Notes under the pieces: generated by a model
What the model saw: only the letters and a program-made list of their open reading frames with translations
Database searches by the model: none
Told to the model about the DNA's origin: nothing
Assembly (NCBI GenBank): GCA_963847445.1
Contig: CAWJZV010000030.1
Coordinates: 1 to 64,000, forward strand
Source: an uncultured delta proteobacterium
GTDB lineage: Bacteria; Desulfobacterota; Binatia; UBA9968
Direction of reading: 5' to 3'
DNA: 64,000 bases
Translations under genes and position numbers: made by a program
Part shown: positions 61,715 through 64,000 of the stretch, piece by piece
Layout: every line of letters begins with the position of its first letter
How positions within the stretch are numbered: position 1 is the first letter of the stretch

Positions 61715-62875
61715 ATGGATTCCGTTCTGATCCGCTATCACGAAATCGCTCTCAAAAAGGGCAACCGGGCTTATTTCACCGAGATGCTCAAGCGTAACAT
61801 CCTCGCCTCGGTCAAAGACTTGGGCGCCAAGGAAATCCGCAGTCTCCATGCCCGCTTGCTGCTGACTTTCAGAAACGAAATCGCGCCGGAGGTCATCGTC
61901 AAACGGATTTCCAGTGTGTTCGGCATCGCCAATTTCTCCCTGGTTCGGCGCACCGAGCGTGATATCGACGAATTGCGCAGGCAAATCTTGACCGGGATCA
62001 ATGGCAGCCAATTCGCCAGTTTCCGCATCGACACCCAGCGCGGCGACAAAAATTTTGCGCTAAACTCGGTGGAGATCAATCGCCAATTGGGCGCGGCGGT
62101 GCAAGAGAAATCCGGCGCCCGGGTCGACCTGACTAACCCTGAGTTCACCGTCTTCGTCGAAGTCTTGCCCAAGGATGCGTTCTTCGGTTTCAACAAACTG
62201 CCAGGCCCCGGCGGCCTGCCGGTGGGTGCCAGCGGACGGTTGGTGTCGCTGATCTCCGGCGGCTTCGACTCGCCGGTGGCGGCTTATCGCATGATGCAGC
62301 GCGGCTGCCGGGTGATCTTCGTGCACTTTCACAGCGCGCCCTACCAGGACAAGACTTCCCAGGACAAAGTGCGCGAGCTGGTCAAGCTGCTGACGCGCCA
62401 TCAGTTTCAATCGCGCCTCTACATGGTTCCCTTCGGCGAGATTCAACGCCAGATCGTCGCCGCGGTGGCGCGGCCTCTGCGCGTGGTGCTCTACCGGCGC
62501 ATGATGTTGCGCATCGCCGAGAAGATCGCCCGCAGCGAGAAAGCCAAGGCGCTCGTCACCGGCGAAAGCTTGGGCCAAGTGGCGTCGCAGACGTTGGAAA
62601 ACATGACGGTGATTCAACAAGCGGTAACCATGCCGATCCTGCGCCCGTTGGTGGGCATGGATAAGCAGGAGATCGTCGACCAGGCGCGCCGCATCGGTAC
62701 CTTCGATATTTCGTCAGTCCCCGACCAGGACTGCTGCCAGCTGTTCGTGCCGAAACACCCATCGACCAAGGCGAGATTCGATGAAGTCGCAGCGGACGAG
62801 ACGAAGCTCGATGTGAATGAATTAGTCGGCTACGGGTTGGAGAATGTGAGCGACGAGGATGTTACTTTTCCGTAA
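61715..62875 (+). CDS. thiI: tRNA 4-thiouridine synthase, short form without rhodanese domain
   Basis: RYHEIALKKGNR, THUMP region, PP-loop SGGFDS, TGESLGQVASQT, DCC. Confidence 0.93.
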   Translation: MDSVLIRYHEIALKKGNRAYFTEMLKRNILASVKDLGAKEIRSLHARLLLTFRNEIAPEVIVKRISSVFGIANFSLVRRTERDIDELRRQILTGINGSQFASFRIDTQRGDKNFALNSVEINRQLGAAVQEKSGARVDLTNPEFTVFVEVLPKDAFFGFNKLPGPGGLPVGASGRLVSLISGGFDSPVAAYRMMQRGCRVIFVHFHSAPYQDKTSQDKVRELVKLLTRHQFQSRLYMVPFGEIQRQIVAAVARPLRVVLYRRMMLRIAEKIARSEKAKALVTGESLGQVASQTLENMTVIQQAVTMPILRPLVGMDKQEIVDQARRIGTFDISSVPDQDCCQLFVPKHPSTKARFDEVAADETKLDVNELVGYGLENVSDEDVTFP

Positions 62876-63005
62876 TAGCTAGACATCGCGCACTAGCCCT
62901 GAAAAACTGCCACAACCCTTAAGCGAAGCTTGAAACCTGTTGTCAAATGTTTGGCACTTGTCTTAATTGTGCCGGAGGCTGTGTTCTGATTCAGCTGAGG
63001 TAACG

Positions 63006-63908
63006 ATGAGGAACCGAACCTACGTTGTCGTCGCATTGATGCTCACGATTACTGCCGTGGCCGTTTTATCGCCCCAAGGGCCGCTCCAGAATGTCGCCAT
63101 CAGGACTTTTATATGGGCAACCGGCAATGGAGGGGGTTGTACGTTTGCGCAATGTGTCAATGAGATAGGGAATGGTCTGCTCGAAAAAGCGGAGAGTATC
63201 AAAGCCAAAAGTACTCTGATGACGACCAACCGAGACCTCGAGCTGTGGGACACTCCCTCCGGTCAATTCTGGAACCCCAAGGGAAACGCGCTGTTCTTCG
63301 ATCTGGCCGAGCAATCTTTCGATGTGTACCAAAGTAAACAGGGTGGAATCCGCGACGGCGACATCGTGCTTGATTGTGGAGCTAACGTGGGCACATTCAC
63401 TCGAACCGCCCTTATGCAAGGCGCTTCGCTTGTGGTCGCGTTCGACATCGATCCGCGCAACATCAAGAGCCTAAACGCGACGTTCTTCAAGGAAATTGCT
63501 GCCGGGACCGTCATTGTCGTGCCTGAAGGGGTGTGGCACCAAGACGACACTCTGGAGGCGAAGTTTTACTCGAACACAAACCTAAATACCATCACGATGG
63601 CGACCCGAACGGAAACCGACGAGAAACCAGAGATGGTTAGAGTTCCACTTACTAAGATCGACACGGTGGTAGAACGCCTTGGGTTGCCGCGTGTCGATTA
63701 CATCAAAATGGATGTCGAGGGAGCCGAGGCCGCTGCGCTTCGCGGTGCCCGTGCGACCATTACGCGATTCCATCCGAGAATGAGCATCGCTGTGGAAAAC
63801 GAACCGGGAGACATCGATACAATTCCGGCGCTCCGAGCGGCTTGGCAGATTAACCTGGATTCCGCGTGGCGAATGACGGAAGATTTCGACCATCCGCAAA
63901 CGTTTTGA
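63006..63908 (+). CDS. FkbM family methyltransferase
   Basis: VLDCGANVG, YIKMDVEGAE. Confidence 0.85.
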   Translation: MRNRTYVVVALMLTITAVAVLSPQGPLQNVAIRTFIWATGNGGGCTFAQCVNEIGNGLLEKAESIKAKSTLMTTNRDLELWDTPSGQFWNPKGNALFFDLAEQSFDVYQSKQGGIRDGDIVLDCGANVGTFTRTALMQGASLVVAFDIDPRNIKSLNATFFKEIAAGTVIVVPEGVWHQDDTLEAKFYSNTNLNTITMATRTETDEKPEMVRVPLTKIDTVVERLGLPRVDYIKMDVEGAEAAALRGARATITRFHPRMSIAVENEPGDIDTIPALRAAWQINLDSAWRMTEDFDHPQTF

Positions 63909-64000
63909 CCGGCTGGAACCTGTGGAACGTTTGGAACCTTGGAACAAACCGCGAAGCGGTTACACATAGTGTTGTATCCGTTCCAAGCTCGGCGCAAAAA

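Noticed and set aside
62951-62970. Sigma54 promoter before the FkbM gene
   Set aside because: TGGCAC is present but there is no GC at the -12 position

Overview
A GC-rich bacterial chromosomal window; gene content and intergenic repeats suggest a soil Deltaproteobacteria/Candidatus Binatia-like genome (inference only). Many genes, including essential cysS, carry 1-bp frameshifts that are probably long-read assembly errors. It encodes housekeeping genes (cysS, pgsA, thiI, accB/accC, oppABC), four tRNAs (Lys-TTT, Glu-TTC, Gly-GCC, Arg-TCG), three xanthine-dehydrogenase-family molybdoenzyme loci, many solute-binding proteins, two small tRNA-linked islets and several palindromic repeat families. 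The main discovery is a minus-strand cluster at about 46.2-54.3 kb that looks selenium-centred. It has a peroxiredoxin with an in-frame TGA at the peroxidatic Cys followed by a SECIS-like hairpin (a selenoprotein split by the ORF track), a Cys paralog lacking that hairpin, a LysR regulator and a non-heme-iron sulfoxide synthase resembling fungal Egt1. It also has DUF427, a second PhnD-like binding protein and a putative selenate-type PhnDCEE transporter. ATAG-N7-CTAT LysR-type boxes precede three of its transcription units.
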